Positions 53,426-63,133 of a stretch of DNA of 64,000 nucleotides are shown here, one piece after another. Source of the stretch: Acetivibrionales bacterium (GTDB taxonomy: Bacteria > Bacillota > Clostridia > Acetivibrionales > JBMNNH01); contig JBMNNH010000018.1 of the NCBI GenBank assembly GCA_050953835.1, positions 3,030-67,029 of the forward strand. The letters run 5' to 3'. The notes beneath the pieces were generated by a model. That model searched no databases. It had not been told where the DNA came from and saw nothing but the letters and a program-made list of their open reading frames with translations. Made by a program: the position numbers and the translations under genes. Position 1 is the first letter of the stretch, and each line of letters starts with the position of its first letter.

Positions 53426-56400
53426 TTAATCTGTTCTTAGCCTGAATTTATGCATGCCGTTTACTGGAACTGCAAAAGGCATGTATACAGGCTTATCCAA
53501 GGCAATATACTTTCTTATGCCGTTCTTGATAAAACTTGCATCAAGATTGATCCGGCCTATATACTTAATACCGGGGATTTTCTTTATAGTACTGTAAAAA
53601 TGCGCTGGCTTAGGTATTTCTCCAATATCCCATCCTTTCCCGTCTGCGCCCCTGAGGGGGTCAAGATATTGAGATACTATTCCTGCCAGAGCTTCTTCAA
53701 CTGATGCTGCTGCTTCCATATCTTCTATCACTAGCTCACAATCAACATTGAGTTCGAGGAGTTGAGGAGGTACCACAAAAATCTTGTCATTGCTTGCAGA
53801 AATACAGAACGCCCTGTCCAATAAAAAACTGCGTATCTCTGAACAAAGGTCAATGTTGTAATGGTAATCCCAGTAACTGTCACACATTACGACCACTGTG
53901 ACACAACCGTAATCAACCTCACCTGAATTGTTAACATTCGGAATGCATTTTACCTTCCGTGCATCAATAAAATTCGACTTCACAAGTTTTTGATAATCCA
54001 GAAGCGTAACTGCCCTACCCCTATGCCTTAGTACTGCCGGGCCGAGTAAGGCAACATCATTTAACTCCTGACGGTCACAACCGCCACAGGTGGGTTTGAT
54101 ATTACTGACACTGTCGATGTATGCAATTGGACTCAGGAGGTTATTAATAGAACCCTCAGGAAGGTTTCCGATACTGCCTCCTCCCGAGGAATAATTGACC
54201 AGAATGTTCTCTTCTTCCTGTTCAGGCACTTTCTTTCCTTTATTTCCATCGCCAAAGTATATAATACCCTTTGATCGGTCAATCATATAGTGCCTGTCGT
54301 TGCTGCCAGAATCATAGAAGTTTTCAACCCCATCCCATAATACCCATACCTCCGCAACTCTTTCTTCATCATCCCTGACAATACTGATTTTTGAGGGATT
54401 TCCCTGTAACAAACTGTTTATTTGGTCATCGTTTATATGTCCAACCTCGTTAACCCATACTTCTTCTTCAATAACAGGTGAGTATGTAAGTGTCACCGAA
54501 GATGTCAGATCATTGGCATAAAGCATATGCCTTTCGTCTTTATGGGATTCCTTCTGTACTATTTTCACAGCATTCATATGTATACTGTCAATCATTGGCA
54601 GCAATTCCTGTTGGAATTCATTCCTTTCTATCTTAAACCAGTATCCTTCAACACCAAAGTATTCTGCAGGGATCATATCAGTACCTGATTCAATAGAAAC
54701 AATACCGCTTTTTGCAAAGCCGCAGGTTTTATCATCAACCCTTATTTCTACCCATTCCTTCATCCCCCTGTATTTTGACATTGCATACCACACCAGTTCC
54801 TTTACACTTGACTCTGACTGTGAAAGTACCTGAAAATAAATATTTATTGGTATGCCATAAGGCTTTTTATCGAAACATAGATATACAGTACTCTTTTTGT
54901 CATCAAGGGGCGAAAACATTTTTACGGGTTGTTCAACACCTTTACTCACATCAATCGGATTGCCTTCTGATGAATTATTTATATTAATAATCTTGTTAGC
55001 TGCAGGAAAGATGCCTTTATACCCATAATTTAATACCATATTTTTAAGCCATGGAGACAGGTATACTCCATTTACATAAAAATTATTTTCAATATCCACA
55101 ATTCTAAAGCGTATCCAATAGCCATCAATAGAGTTTACAAGAACAGGAGAGATATCATCCGGGCACTTAAATGTAATATGCTTTATGCCTGTTTTTCCGT
55201 TAAACACATTGTCGATTTTGCTTTCTGTTTCAATTCTCACCCATCCAATACCATTCCAATACTCCATAAGTATCCTTTGAATTGTAATGTTAAGTTTTTC
55301 AGGTTTTGCGAATTTGTTTTTATCCATAATCAATTTATAATTTTTATATAAATCAATCTGCGGTATCTCTGACTGAAAATCCTTTTCTATAAAACCCAGA
55401 TCAAGCTCTATGGAAACATGTGCACCTTTTTTTATAAACACTTCATCAGATTTAACGTACATACAATTATACATGCTGAATTGAGCCCCAAAACAGTATC
55501 CGTTTTCATTTTCAACAGGAATATCATCGGAATAGATCAAATCAGGCTGGATTCCCTTCTGTACTTTCTGATCACTTGAAGATGCGATAAAAATATGGTC
55601 AGCTAGTATTTCTTTCAACCTTAAAATGTTTTTAGCACGGCAAGATATATAAATATCCCCTTCGTCATGTTGATGTGATGTCAATATATCATTATTGCTT
55701 TTAAATAGAACTATTAGATCTTTATCCTTTTCAATTTTTTCAAAGGGCTTCCATCCGTCATTTGTATGGTAACACCATTCTACAAGCTCAGGATCAGAAA
55801 GCTTTTCAAGATACCTATCTACAATATGAGGATTTTTTCTGTTCTCTAGTTTAACACTTATTACAGCAGGGCTTTTAATACTTAAAACGCTGTTTTCACT
55901 TAAATAAAAAGCATGCTCCTGCAGGTTGGTCCCTTTTTCAGTATCGAACAGTGTAATGTTACAAGGGTACTCACTGCCCAGTCCATCCTGTGAATAGCAA
56001 TTTACAATCCTGTCCTTTACAGGGTCAACATTATAAATGGCTTTAATTTTTGCAGGTGTTACAAAAAAGTTCTGAGTAGTTTCAAAAATTATCCTGTCCG
56101 AATCTGTGTATTCACTATCACTGAATAATTTTGTCCCTGAAGGAATAAATACTTTATTAACCGCTCCTGAACTTGTATTGAAGCATACATATCCAATAGA
56201 AGGCACAACTGGCTTCATATCTATATCCAGCATATTTAAATAAGCCAGGTAATTTTTCAGCGGGGTTTTATTAAATCTGTCGATTGTCTCCTGGAACATT
56301 TCAGCAAAAATTATAAACAGTGCAGTACCGGGATCAGGTGATTCCAGGTTAAACCTCCACTCCGGAGTATAGTATGGCAGCATACTTGATAATTGTTTAT

Positions 56401-56443
56401 AAATGTCTTCAATGGTACGTTTATCAATTTTCGGTACGTACAT
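53426..56443 (-). CDS. Large baseplate wedge protein (baseplate J/gp6-like, Afp11-like)
   Basis: YYTPEWRFNLESPDPGTALFIIFAEMFQETIDRFNKTP N-terminal signature. About 1005 aa. ATG at 56443 lies 5 nt after GGAGG. Confidence 0.7.
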   Translation of the reverse strand: MYVPKIDKRTIEDIYKQLSSMLPYYTPEWRFNLESPDPGTALFIIFAEMFQETIDRFNKTPLKNYLAYLNMLDIDMKPVVPSIGYVCFNTSSGAVNKVFIPSGTKLFSDSEYTDSDRIIFETTQNFFVTPAKIKAIYNVDPVKDRIVNCYSQDGLGSEYPCNITLFDTEKGTNLQEHAFYLSENSVLSIKSPAVISVKLENRKNPHIVDRYLEKLSDPELVEWCYHTNDGWKPFEKIEKDKDLIVLFKSNNDILTSHQHDEGDIYISCRAKNILRLKEILADHIFIASSSDQKVQKGIQPDLIYSDDIPVENENGYCFGAQFSMYNCMYVKSDEVFIKKGAHVSIELDLGFIEKDFQSEIPQIDLYKNYKLIMDKNKFAKPEKLNITIQRILMEYWNGIGWVRIETESKIDNVFNGKTGIKHITFKCPDDISPVLVNSIDGYWIRFRIVDIENNFYVNGVYLSPWLKNMVLNYGYKGIFPAANKIININNSSEGNPIDVSKGVEQPVKMFSPLDDKKSTVYLCFDKKPYGIPINIYFQVLSQSESSVKELVWYAMSKYRGMKEWVEIRVDDKTCGFAKSGIVSIESGTDMIPAEYFGVEGYWFKIERNEFQQELLPMIDSIHMNAVKIVQKESHKDERHMLYANDLTSSVTLTYSPVIEEEVWVNEVGHINDDQINSLLQGNPSKISIVRDDEERVAEVWVLWDGVENFYDSGSNDRHYMIDRSKGIIYFGDGNKGKKVPEQEEENILVNYSSGGGSIGNLPEGSINNLLSPIAYIDSVSNIKPTCGGCDRQELNDVALLGPAVLRHRGRAVTLLDYQKLVKSNFIDARKVKCIPNVNNSGEVDYGCVTVVVMCDSYWDYHYNIDLCSEIRSFLLDRAFCISASNDKIFVVPPQLLELNVDCELVIEDMEAAASVEEALAGIVSQYLDPLRGADGKGWDIGEIPKPAHFYSTIKKIPGIKYIGRINLDASFIKNGIRKYIALDKPVYMPFAVPVNGMHKFRLRTD

Positions 56444-56478
56444 TTTTACCTCCAAATACACTTTTTTTATAAAGTACA

Positions 56479-56907
56479 CTACACGTCTTCTACATCTTTA
56501 AGTCCCTCAAAAAGATAGAATGGATAAACCATATTGTATGCATTATTAGTACTTCTGACAACATATGAAATATTAACCAGCAGTCTAGAGCTATCTCCTT
56601 TGTCGGCTTCAACCTCCACTTTAAGGTCTCTTATCCTTGGTTCCCATTTTAACAATGCTTTTTCTATGTCCGATTCCATCAATGTCAGGTATTCCAGTTC
56701 ATTTGTATTGAAAACATAGTCCTTAGCTTTCGTCCCAAAACTGCTTCTCATTACCCTTTCTCCATGATATGTCATGATAATAATCCGGATGGACTCTTTA
56801 ATGTCCTCTTCATGCTCCGACATCATTATCCTGCCAGTCTTCCTGTCCACCTGAACCGGAAACTTCCATCCTTTGCCCAGGAATCCTTTTCCTCCGGTTT
56901 CTGCCAT
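56479..56907 (-). CDS. Baseplate wedge protein gp25/GPW-like (Afp9-like)
   Basis: GKGWKFPVQVDRKTGRIMMSEHEEDIKESIRIIIMTYHGERVMRSSFG is the canonical GPW_gp25 pattern. Confidence 0.9.
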   Translation of the reverse strand: MAETGGKGFLGKGWKFPVQVDRKTGRIMMSEHEEDIKESIRIIIMTYHGERVMRSSFGTKAKDYVFNTNELEYLTLMESDIEKALLKWEPRIRDLKVEVEADKGDSSRLLVNISYVVRSTNNAYNMVYPFYLFEGLKDVEDV

Positions 56908-56943
56908 ATTATCACCTCAATAAACACTAAATAATAATCAAAA

Positions 56944-57690
56944 TCAGTTTATCTTAACCATAGATCCGTTAATCTTCACAATTGCACTGGATTTTATATC
57001 AAGCATACCGTTAGCTTTGGCTGCAAATGTACCTCCGGATTCAATATTTATTTGCTGCGAATTTACCTTTATAGATGTTCCGCTGCTTATCTTGATAGAA
57101 TTTGAGTTCCCATCCATTTCTATCTTGCAGTTCCCTGCTTCCAGGACAATTTTTTTCTCCGCCTTTAAAGTAATCTGTCCACTTTTAGACTCAATTTTTA
57201 TTGAGTTCTTGCTTCCTTTATCATGGATTTCCATAGTTTCTTTTTCATCATCCAAAATTACTTCCATCTCTTTGGGCGTATGTATAATAACCTTTTCCTT
57301 TCCCTGTGTATCATTAAAAACAAACTCGGAGCCGCTTCTTGATTTAATCTCTCTTATATTGTTTTTTCCATCTTCATTCTTCTGAGGTGCAGTGTCCTTA
57401 CTATTCCATAGGCTGCCGATAACATAAGGTTTTGAAATATCCCCTCCTGCGAAGGCAATCAATACCTCATCGTCAACCTCAGGCAGAAAAAAGCCCCCAC
57501 GGTCTTTACCTGCCATAAATGAAGCAACCCTTATCCAATCTGTTTCTTCTTCCTTCTCCCTTGCAATAAACCTGCACTTAACTCTCCCCAGCTTGTCCGG
57601 GTCTTTGTTGTTCGTGACCACAGCTACTGTTACTCCAAACATAAGAGGCCGTTCGCTTTTGTCATCTGGAAATAAATCAAAAATGCTCAT
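56944..57690 (-). CDS. Central spike protein (gpV/VgrG-like, Afp8-like)
   Basis: GVTVAVVTNNKDPDKLGRVKCRF...DWIRVASFMAG...FFLPEVDDEVLIAFAGGDISKPYVIGSLWN is the OB-fold hub, followed by a beta-helical C-terminal repeat region. Confidence 0.85.
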   Translation of the reverse strand: MSIFDLFPDDKSERPLMFGVTVAVVTNNKDPDKLGRVKCRFIAREKEEETDWIRVASFMAGKDRGGFFLPEVDDEVLIAFAGGDISKPYVIGSLWNSKDTAPQKNEDGKNNIREIKSRSGSEFVFNDTQGKEKVIIHTPKEMEVILDDEKETMEIHDKGSKNSIKIESKSGQITLKAEKKIVLEAGNCKIEMDGNSNSIKISSGTSIKVNSQQINIESGGTFAAKANGMLDIKSSAIVKINGSMVKIN

Positions 57691-58796
57691 ACTGAATTAG
57701 CCCCCACTTCAAATCTTGTTTTATACCCATTTTCATCAAAAATATGTGTTACTTTTTTAATATAATAACTGCCATTTATTGTCTTATCAAACCTTTCCAT
57801 TTTTACAAACCGTCCCGGAATCAGCTCAGGAATCCCTACACATTCACCATAACCGCTCACATACTGCATTGAATAGTCTTCCAGTATGCTTTTTGCTAAA
57901 GCATTGGCTTCTTCCAGAGTTCTAACGGCAGGGTCGTATATAGTCTCTGTTCTTTTTTTTACCAGGTCATATAAGTCTGAAGCAGCTTTTTGACCTGTTT
58001 TGGTAATTGTAGACGCTTTGCCAACAATCTCTTTTTTCTCCTTCTCGTCATTGCCAATTACCTTAACTTCCTTTAACTGTTCAGTAAGGTCTATTTCCCT
58101 TGTAAAAGACATAATATTTTCTCCCCAGGTAAAAACCATAATCGGGTCTTTTATTTTCCTCGGTTTTACGAACATAACCTCATCTTTCACTATAAAGAAT
58201 TCATAGCCAAGTTTCCTTGCCACTGCGACCAAAAAGTCATAATCCGTCTGGCAGTTCTGGAACACCTGCCGTTTCAAATCAGTAAGGTTATCCACAGTAA
58301 CCTTTTTAACCACTTTTAATGCCATATACTGGTTCAGTATCTCTTTTACAATATCGGTAAGTTTCTTCTCACCTCCAAAAATACGATGTTTGCCCGCCAT
58401 CATAGCGCCTTTTCCATCCATGCATGACACCAAAATTGTTGCGCCATTTTCTCCATCAAACTGGTTTATCACGGAATTTATAAATCCATAGAAAACAACT
58501 TCCTTTTTGATATATCCAAGCTTTACCTCAACGAGCTTACCGGGAACCAGGATTTTATCAAGCCAGCCGTCTGTATAACCCCCTTTTTTAGGGCTATAAC
58601 CGTTCAAAATTCTAAATGTGCATCCTCCCGCTTCATACCCTGCCGTAAGCTCAACTTCCAGGGCAGAAACCATCATACTTTTTTCCTTGTGTAATGTTCC
58701 GTCTATTCTTATTTCACAATCCGGAGTTGTGTACTGTTTGTATTTTTCTTTTAAACCTGCGTAAGTGTATTTACCTTTATCCATATTTGTTGTCAT
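57687..58796 (-). CDS. Baseplate hub protein, P2 gpD (late control D)-like (Afp7-like)
   Basis: 369 aa with the gpD-like central block QTDYDFLVAVARKLGYEFFIVKDEVMFVKPRK. ATGA overlap with the spike gene. Confidence 0.8.
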   Translation of the reverse strand: MTTNMDKGKYTYAGLKEKYKQYTTPDCEIRIDGTLHKEKSMMVSALEVELTAGYEAGGCTFRILNGYSPKKGGYTDGWLDKILVPGKLVEVKLGYIKKEVVFYGFINSVINQFDGENGATILVSCMDGKGAMMAGKHRIFGGEKKLTDIVKEILNQYMALKVVKKVTVDNLTDLKRQVFQNCQTDYDFLVAVARKLGYEFFIVKDEVMFVKPRKIKDPIMVFTWGENIMSFTREIDLTEQLKEVKVIGNDEKEKKEIVGKASTITKTGQKAASDLYDLVKKRTETIYDPAVRTLEEANALAKSILEDYSMQYVSGYGECVGIPELIPGRFVKMERFDKTINGSYYIKKVTHIFDENGYKTRFEVGANSV

Positions 58797-58817
58797 ACCA
58801 CCTTTAATATGGTGTTA

Positions 58818-59459
58818 TTAAAGCGAGGGAATCTTAAGGTTAGTCGCTTTTTTAAGTATTCTTGGATTATCTATCCTGTTGGCTTCAGCTATTTCACGCC
58901 AGAGCCCTGCATCATCATATTCTGCTTCAGCTAATTGCCATAGTTGTTCATTTTCCATGACTATATGGCTCTTTGTTCTGTCAGGTGAAGATTGTGTTTT
59001 TTCAATTACTTGCTCACCTTCCATTTCAACATCCATGTGCGCACGAACAGGTACGCCCTTGAAGGTAAACATAGTAAACCTCTGTGATACGCTTACAATA
59101 TACCCCTCGAACCTGAACTTTCCCCATACAAATATTACTTTAGGAGGTTTATGATTGCTCTCGGCCTTTTCCAATAGATTGTATATTCTGCTTGTCTCCT
59201 CTCTGACGTCATCTTTTTCAGCTTCAGGCAACTTAGAGCTAAACTCGCCTGTTGAATATGTATCGAAAAACAGTTTTAGTGATAACTTTTCATTACATCC
59301 GTATAAATACTGCTTTTCGTGGTCATCCTGACCTGGAGTTTTTTCCTCAGATCTCTCTACCCTCTTTGATAGAGTATATTCATTTGGGTTAAACATCACT
59401 TTTATAGCTTTTTCGCTTCCTTCTATCATGAACATTGCTTTCTTCAAAGTTTCCGGCAT
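58818..59459 (-). CDS. Tube-fold protein with C-terminal LysM domain (tube initiator, P2 gpX-position)
   Basis: The N-terminal KVMFNPNEYTLSKR...KLSLKLFFDTY...PPKVIFVWGKFRFEGYIVSVSQRF is a tube-protein-like pattern. The C-terminus HIVMENEQLWQLAEAEYDDAGLWREIAEANRIDNPRILKKATNLKIP is a LysM domain. Confidence 0.8.
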   Translation of the reverse strand: MPETLKKAMFMIEGSEKAIKVMFNPNEYTLSKRVERSEEKTPGQDDHEKQYLYGCNEKLSLKLFFDTYSTGEFSSKLPEAEKDDVREETSRIYNLLEKAESNHKPPKVIFVWGKFRFEGYIVSVSQRFTMFTFKGVPVRAHMDVEMEGEQVIEKTQSSPDRTKSHIVMENEQLWQLAEAEYDDAGLWREIAEANRIDNPRILKKATNLKIPSL

Positions 59460-59492
59460 AGTAATCCCCCTTTAAGCAAATTTTAGCAATTA

Positions 59493-62483
59493 CTAAATAC
59501 CTCGTCTTTTCTTTTCTTGCCTCAACCTCATTTCAAACTGCCTGTATACCTTGTCAACCAGCTTATTGATGTTGGATGATGACATTAAACTGTCAATAGT
59601 AATACCGGGTACCGGCTTATTAAAACCCATTGAAGAAGATTTTGCCATATCTCTTGTAGATATATTTGTGCTTACAGTTGTGTGCAAATCGTATGTTCCA
59701 GGCGGATTTTGAACCTCAATAGCTTTTTCAGGTACAAACCGTTCAGGGCGCTTTAATAGCTGAATCTGCGGCATCCCGTTGTAATAGGCCGAGCTGGTTA
59801 TGTCACTATTAACTACTTTCTGAGCAGCATTATTCTGAATTGTATTTGTTCTAATAATATTTGTCTGAATTATCCTGTCAATACGTCCTGCCTTAATAAC
59901 ACCTGTAGCCTTTCCCTTAAGAAGAACCGCACTGGATAGTGTCTTTCCACTTCTTTTCAGGCTTTCTTCTCCCTCATTAGATATCGGCAGCCGATTGGCT
60001 AATGCTTTTAACCTATGGAAATCAATAATTTTGCTATTAGCAGCTAAGCTTATATACTGCGGTTTTTCTTTATTAGCTACACTGTATATATTTAGGTAAC
60101 TTCTATTGCTGTATACACCGACACCGGACTTCATAAGAATGTTGTTTCCCAATGCTTTAATCTTGTCTTTAAATAAACTATCTTTAAACAAGTTCGAATA
60201 AAGATGTTTTTTTGTCATAACTGATTGAGTAATGTGTTTATTATCAGCCACTAAGCCTATGTACTGAGGTTTTTCTTTATTAGAAGCACTGTACATATTC
60301 AGGTAACTTATGCTGCCGTAATTATTTGACTTAATAAGAATACTGCTCTGCGGTGCTGCAGCTTTAGCTCTAAATAAACTATCTTTAAATAAATCCGAAT
60401 ACGGATGTTTTTTCCCCTTAACCGATTGAATAAAATGGTTATTATTGCTATATTCTTTCATGATAGTATCATTTATCTTAAGCATTAATGCATTGTTGTT
60501 TGTTTTATTTTCAATTGTTCTAAACAAAGATGAAATTTTTTTATAAATTGTATCAAATTTTGTAACGTTTTTAAATATCGTTGTTACACTTTGGGAATTA
60601 ACCAATCTTATTGGGTATTCCTTACCCTTAATAATTATTGTATGATTCTTGTCAATACCTTGGCTTGAATCTTCTCCCAGCTTTTTCTTAGATATTTCAC
60701 GGCCGATAAACTTATTTCTATATATTGTTTTAAAAATCTTCAAATCTCTGACAGCATTTTTATTCACTTCACTTAAACTATGATTAACATTCCTATAAAA
60801 CAGTGATAATCCGATTAATTGAGATATTTTTAGTAAATTTTCCTTGTTAATGTGGCTATCATCAATATTCAATATTCTATTCAAGTTATATCGTTTAAAT
60901 AATTCATTCACACTTGAATGATTTTCCTGGGTATTTATGCTGTATATCCCAACATCCCTTCTACCATTAACCAGTTGATAAATGTTCTTTGTTTCAGTCC
61001 ATCCTTGTAAACTGCTGCCATTCCTTATGTTAATAAACTCTGAAAAACCATGTATTAATACAGGACTTTTTTGAATAAGCTTTATGCTGTTCTTTAAAAC
61101 TCTGTTAAAGCTATGCAAAGCAAGGGCGCGCATTGTATCTCTTTTATGAATATACTTATCAATACTCAAAACATTGTTCCTGTTGAGTATTAAGGAAGCA
61201 GATCCTGTACCATACCCGGGAAAAGCTCTTAGAGGTCTCCAAATATTATAATTGATATCAAAAGTGACTATACCGGGATATCTTCCGTCCTTTCCGGCAC
61301 CTTCCGAATGGGTATCAAACGCTTGTCTGTATTTCTTTGATAAGATATCAATATTAGTTAAACTATTATTATACTCAAAGCTAGAATTGTATTTTAGTAT
61401 ACTATTCCTGTTTAATATATTAATACTATCCAGAATCATGTTTCTTTCTGGAATTGGTACTGTTTTTAACTTCCCTTCATCTCCATTAATAAAAACATTG
61501 TTAGCCAAATATCTGAATTTGCTTATATCATTTACGGTATAATACCGGTTCCTTTTTAAAAAATATTGATTCTTAATTGATCCGGAGGCAATTTTGAATA
61601 AACCAGTAAAATCCTTTATTACATTAAACACTTTAATGTTTCTTAAATACTGTCTGATGCTGCTAACAATACCAGGCAAAAAAACATGTTTTTTCATCAA
61701 AGTGCTGATATACATTTCCCGTGTGTGGAATAATCCTTTGTACTCTGGTATTCTATATTTTAATAAGCTGTATTCGTTTTTATAGTTATCAGGATGATAG
61801 TTATCAGGATGTGAATATACTTCATCAGGAAGTGTATATGCTTCACTAAAACCAGTAGAACTAGCTTTTTCTCTTGTAATACTTTTGTATCCAATCCCTC
61901 TGTTAAGTATATTATCTCCTTTTGTGCTTAAGTGCTCAAGATATCCACCTGATATGTAGGCATTGTATTTTGGGGATTGGCTGATAGCAATGCTTTTCAT
62001 ATATATGTTTGCCGTGCTGCTATTACTGTCCCTGTCTTTAAATAAAACTGTGTTTAATAAAAAATAATTTTTTTCTTTGTTATTTTGATAAATATTATTA
62101 AAGAACTGTGTATGGTCAGTTGGCTTTAAAGTACTGTTCAAACCGGAGTTGAATATTTTTTTTGTAAATTGCGTACCGTTAGATACTAGTATATTCAATA
62201 TAAATCCAAATGCAGCCGGTCCTTGTTTACGGACATTATGAACAGAAGGACCGATTGCATTCAACTCACCACTGTAAAAAAGTGAAAAATATTCCCATAA
62301 GTCAGTAATAATTTTCTGGCGAATACCTATTATTTCAAATGCGAACTTTGATTTATCAACTATAGCTTTATTAAAGTTGACAGTATTGTTCCCTATTAAT
62401 GTTTTATTCTTAATTAATCCTGCATTATTAATTATTTTTTTTTTATATATGAAATCTCTATTGTGCCACTTACCCAACACCAT
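59493..62483 (-). CDS. Tape-measure-like tail length determinant (996 aa, Asn/Lys/Ile/Ser-rich)
   Basis: Sits between the tube/chaperone genes and the tube-initiator/hub genes, which is the tape-measure slot in P2-like order. It has low-complexity composition and internal duplications. The C-terminal LVDKVYRQFEMRLRQEKKRRGI resembles C-termini I recall from CIS length determinants. Confidence 0.55.
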   Translation of the reverse strand: MVLGKWHNRDFIYKKKIINNAGLIKNKTLIGNNTVNFNKAIVDKSKFAFEIIGIRQKIITDLWEYFSLFYSGELNAIGPSVHNVRKQGPAAFGFILNILVSNGTQFTKKIFNSGLNSTLKPTDHTQFFNNIYQNNKEKNYFLLNTVLFKDRDSNSSTANIYMKSIAISQSPKYNAYISGGYLEHLSTKGDNILNRGIGYKSITREKASSTGFSEAYTLPDEVYSHPDNYHPDNYKNEYSLLKYRIPEYKGLFHTREMYISTLMKKHVFLPGIVSSIRQYLRNIKVFNVIKDFTGLFKIASGSIKNQYFLKRNRYYTVNDISKFRYLANNVFINGDEGKLKTVPIPERNMILDSINILNRNSILKYNSSFEYNNSLTNIDILSKKYRQAFDTHSEGAGKDGRYPGIVTFDINYNIWRPLRAFPGYGTGSASLILNRNNVLSIDKYIHKRDTMRALALHSFNRVLKNSIKLIQKSPVLIHGFSEFINIRNGSSLQGWTETKNIYQLVNGRRDVGIYSINTQENHSSVNELFKRYNLNRILNIDDSHINKENLLKISQLIGLSLFYRNVNHSLSEVNKNAVRDLKIFKTIYRNKFIGREISKKKLGEDSSQGIDKNHTIIIKGKEYPIRLVNSQSVTTIFKNVTKFDTIYKKISSLFRTIENKTNNNALMLKINDTIMKEYSNNNHFIQSVKGKKHPYSDLFKDSLFRAKAAAPQSSILIKSNNYGSISYLNMYSASNKEKPQYIGLVADNKHITQSVMTKKHLYSNLFKDSLFKDKIKALGNNILMKSGVGVYSNRSYLNIYSVANKEKPQYISLAANSKIIDFHRLKALANRLPISNEGEESLKRSGKTLSSAVLLKGKATGVIKAGRIDRIIQTNIIRTNTIQNNAAQKVVNSDITSSAYYNGMPQIQLLKRPERFVPEKAIEVQNPPGTYDLHTTVSTNISTRDMAKSSSMGFNKPVPGITIDSLMSSSNINKLVDKVYRQFEMRLRQEKKRRGI
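60030..60437 (-). repeat. Tandem in-frame duplication (201 + 207 bp) inside the tape-measure-like gene
   Basis: Copy 1 (60237-60437) encodes HFIQSVKGKKHPYSDLFKDSLFRAK...NKEKPQYIGLVADNK. Copy 2 (60030-60236) encodes HITQSVMTKKHLYSNLFKDSLFKDK...NKEKPQYISLAANSK. Roughly half or more of the positions are identical by eye. Confidence 0.85.
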
Positions 62484-62498
62484 ACACCTTCCACCACT

Positions 62499-62933
62499 TT
62501 AAATAGGAACAACCTCAAGACCGCCATGGATAATTTCCATTCTAGTTACAGCAACTTCACTCGATTGAGCATTAAGCTCTGGTCCCACATACTTCACAGG
62601 ATATGCATCTTTGAAAGCCCATATCTTCATTGGGATTCCAAATGAATTAATAAGCATTATCATACCAGAGTAACGGATCATTACCCCTGACAAAACTGCC
62701 GAATACCACGCTTCCATAGGGTTAAGATTCATAACACCACGTTCAAGGATCAACCTTGAGTGTCGAATATTAGTTGGGAAATAATAAACCCCGTCGTTAA
62801 CTCCACCTTCTCTGTACTCTTCAAATTCAATTTCATTTTCCAGTCCTGAGACCCTCGCAAAGTTGCCCCTTAATTCCGGACCTATAATCACCCTAAAAAG
62901 AAAATTACTCATAGGGTCATTTGATATAACCAT
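62499..62933 (-). CDS. Second tube-family protein (T4 gp19-like, Afp5-like)
   Basis: NFLFRVIIGPELRGNFARVSGLENEIEFEEYREGGVN...WAFKDAYPVKYVGPELNAQSSEVAVTRMEIIHGGLEV is the conserved tail-tube pattern. Confidence 0.85.
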   Translation of the reverse strand: MVISNDPMSNFLFRVIIGPELRGNFARVSGLENEIEFEEYREGGVNDGVYYFPTNIRHSRLILERGVMNLNPMEAWYSAVLSGVMIRYSGMIMLINSFGIPMKIWAFKDAYPVKYVGPELNAQSSEVAVTRMEIIHGGLEVVPI

Positions 62934-62950
62934 TTATATTTAACGCCCCT

Positions 62951-63133
62951 TTAATATTTAACATCAAATATGTTTTCCGGCTCTTCATTCAACTTTTTAT
63001 TTATTTTTGATACTTCCTCACACCATCGTCTTCTTTCACGGTGCTCCAGATTCATTATTTGCTCATGTGACCAATGCAAATAATAAGCTAAAAATGCCAA
63101 TTCTTCATATAATCTTTTTTCAGGATAGGTCAC
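62951..63133 (-). CDS. Small ORF in the -1 frame of the chaperone gene (E'-like extension or independent 60-aa protein)
   Basis: GTG start overlapping the upstream TAG (TAGTG). It is in frame with a -1 shift at the T TTT TTA heptamer 15 nt upstream. Confidence 0.5.
   Translation of the reverse strand: MTYPEKRLYEELAFLAYYLHWSHEQIMNLEHRERRRWCEEVSKINKKLNEEPENIFDVKY

Noticed and set aside
19917-61811. Short tandem repeats (12-bp x4 at 19917-19964; 15-bp x2 at 61782-61811) considered as CRISPR-like or phase-variation repeats.
   Set aside because: They have no spacers and sit inside ORFs with unit lengths divisible by three. They are in-frame coding repeats, not CRISPR arrays or frameshift switches.
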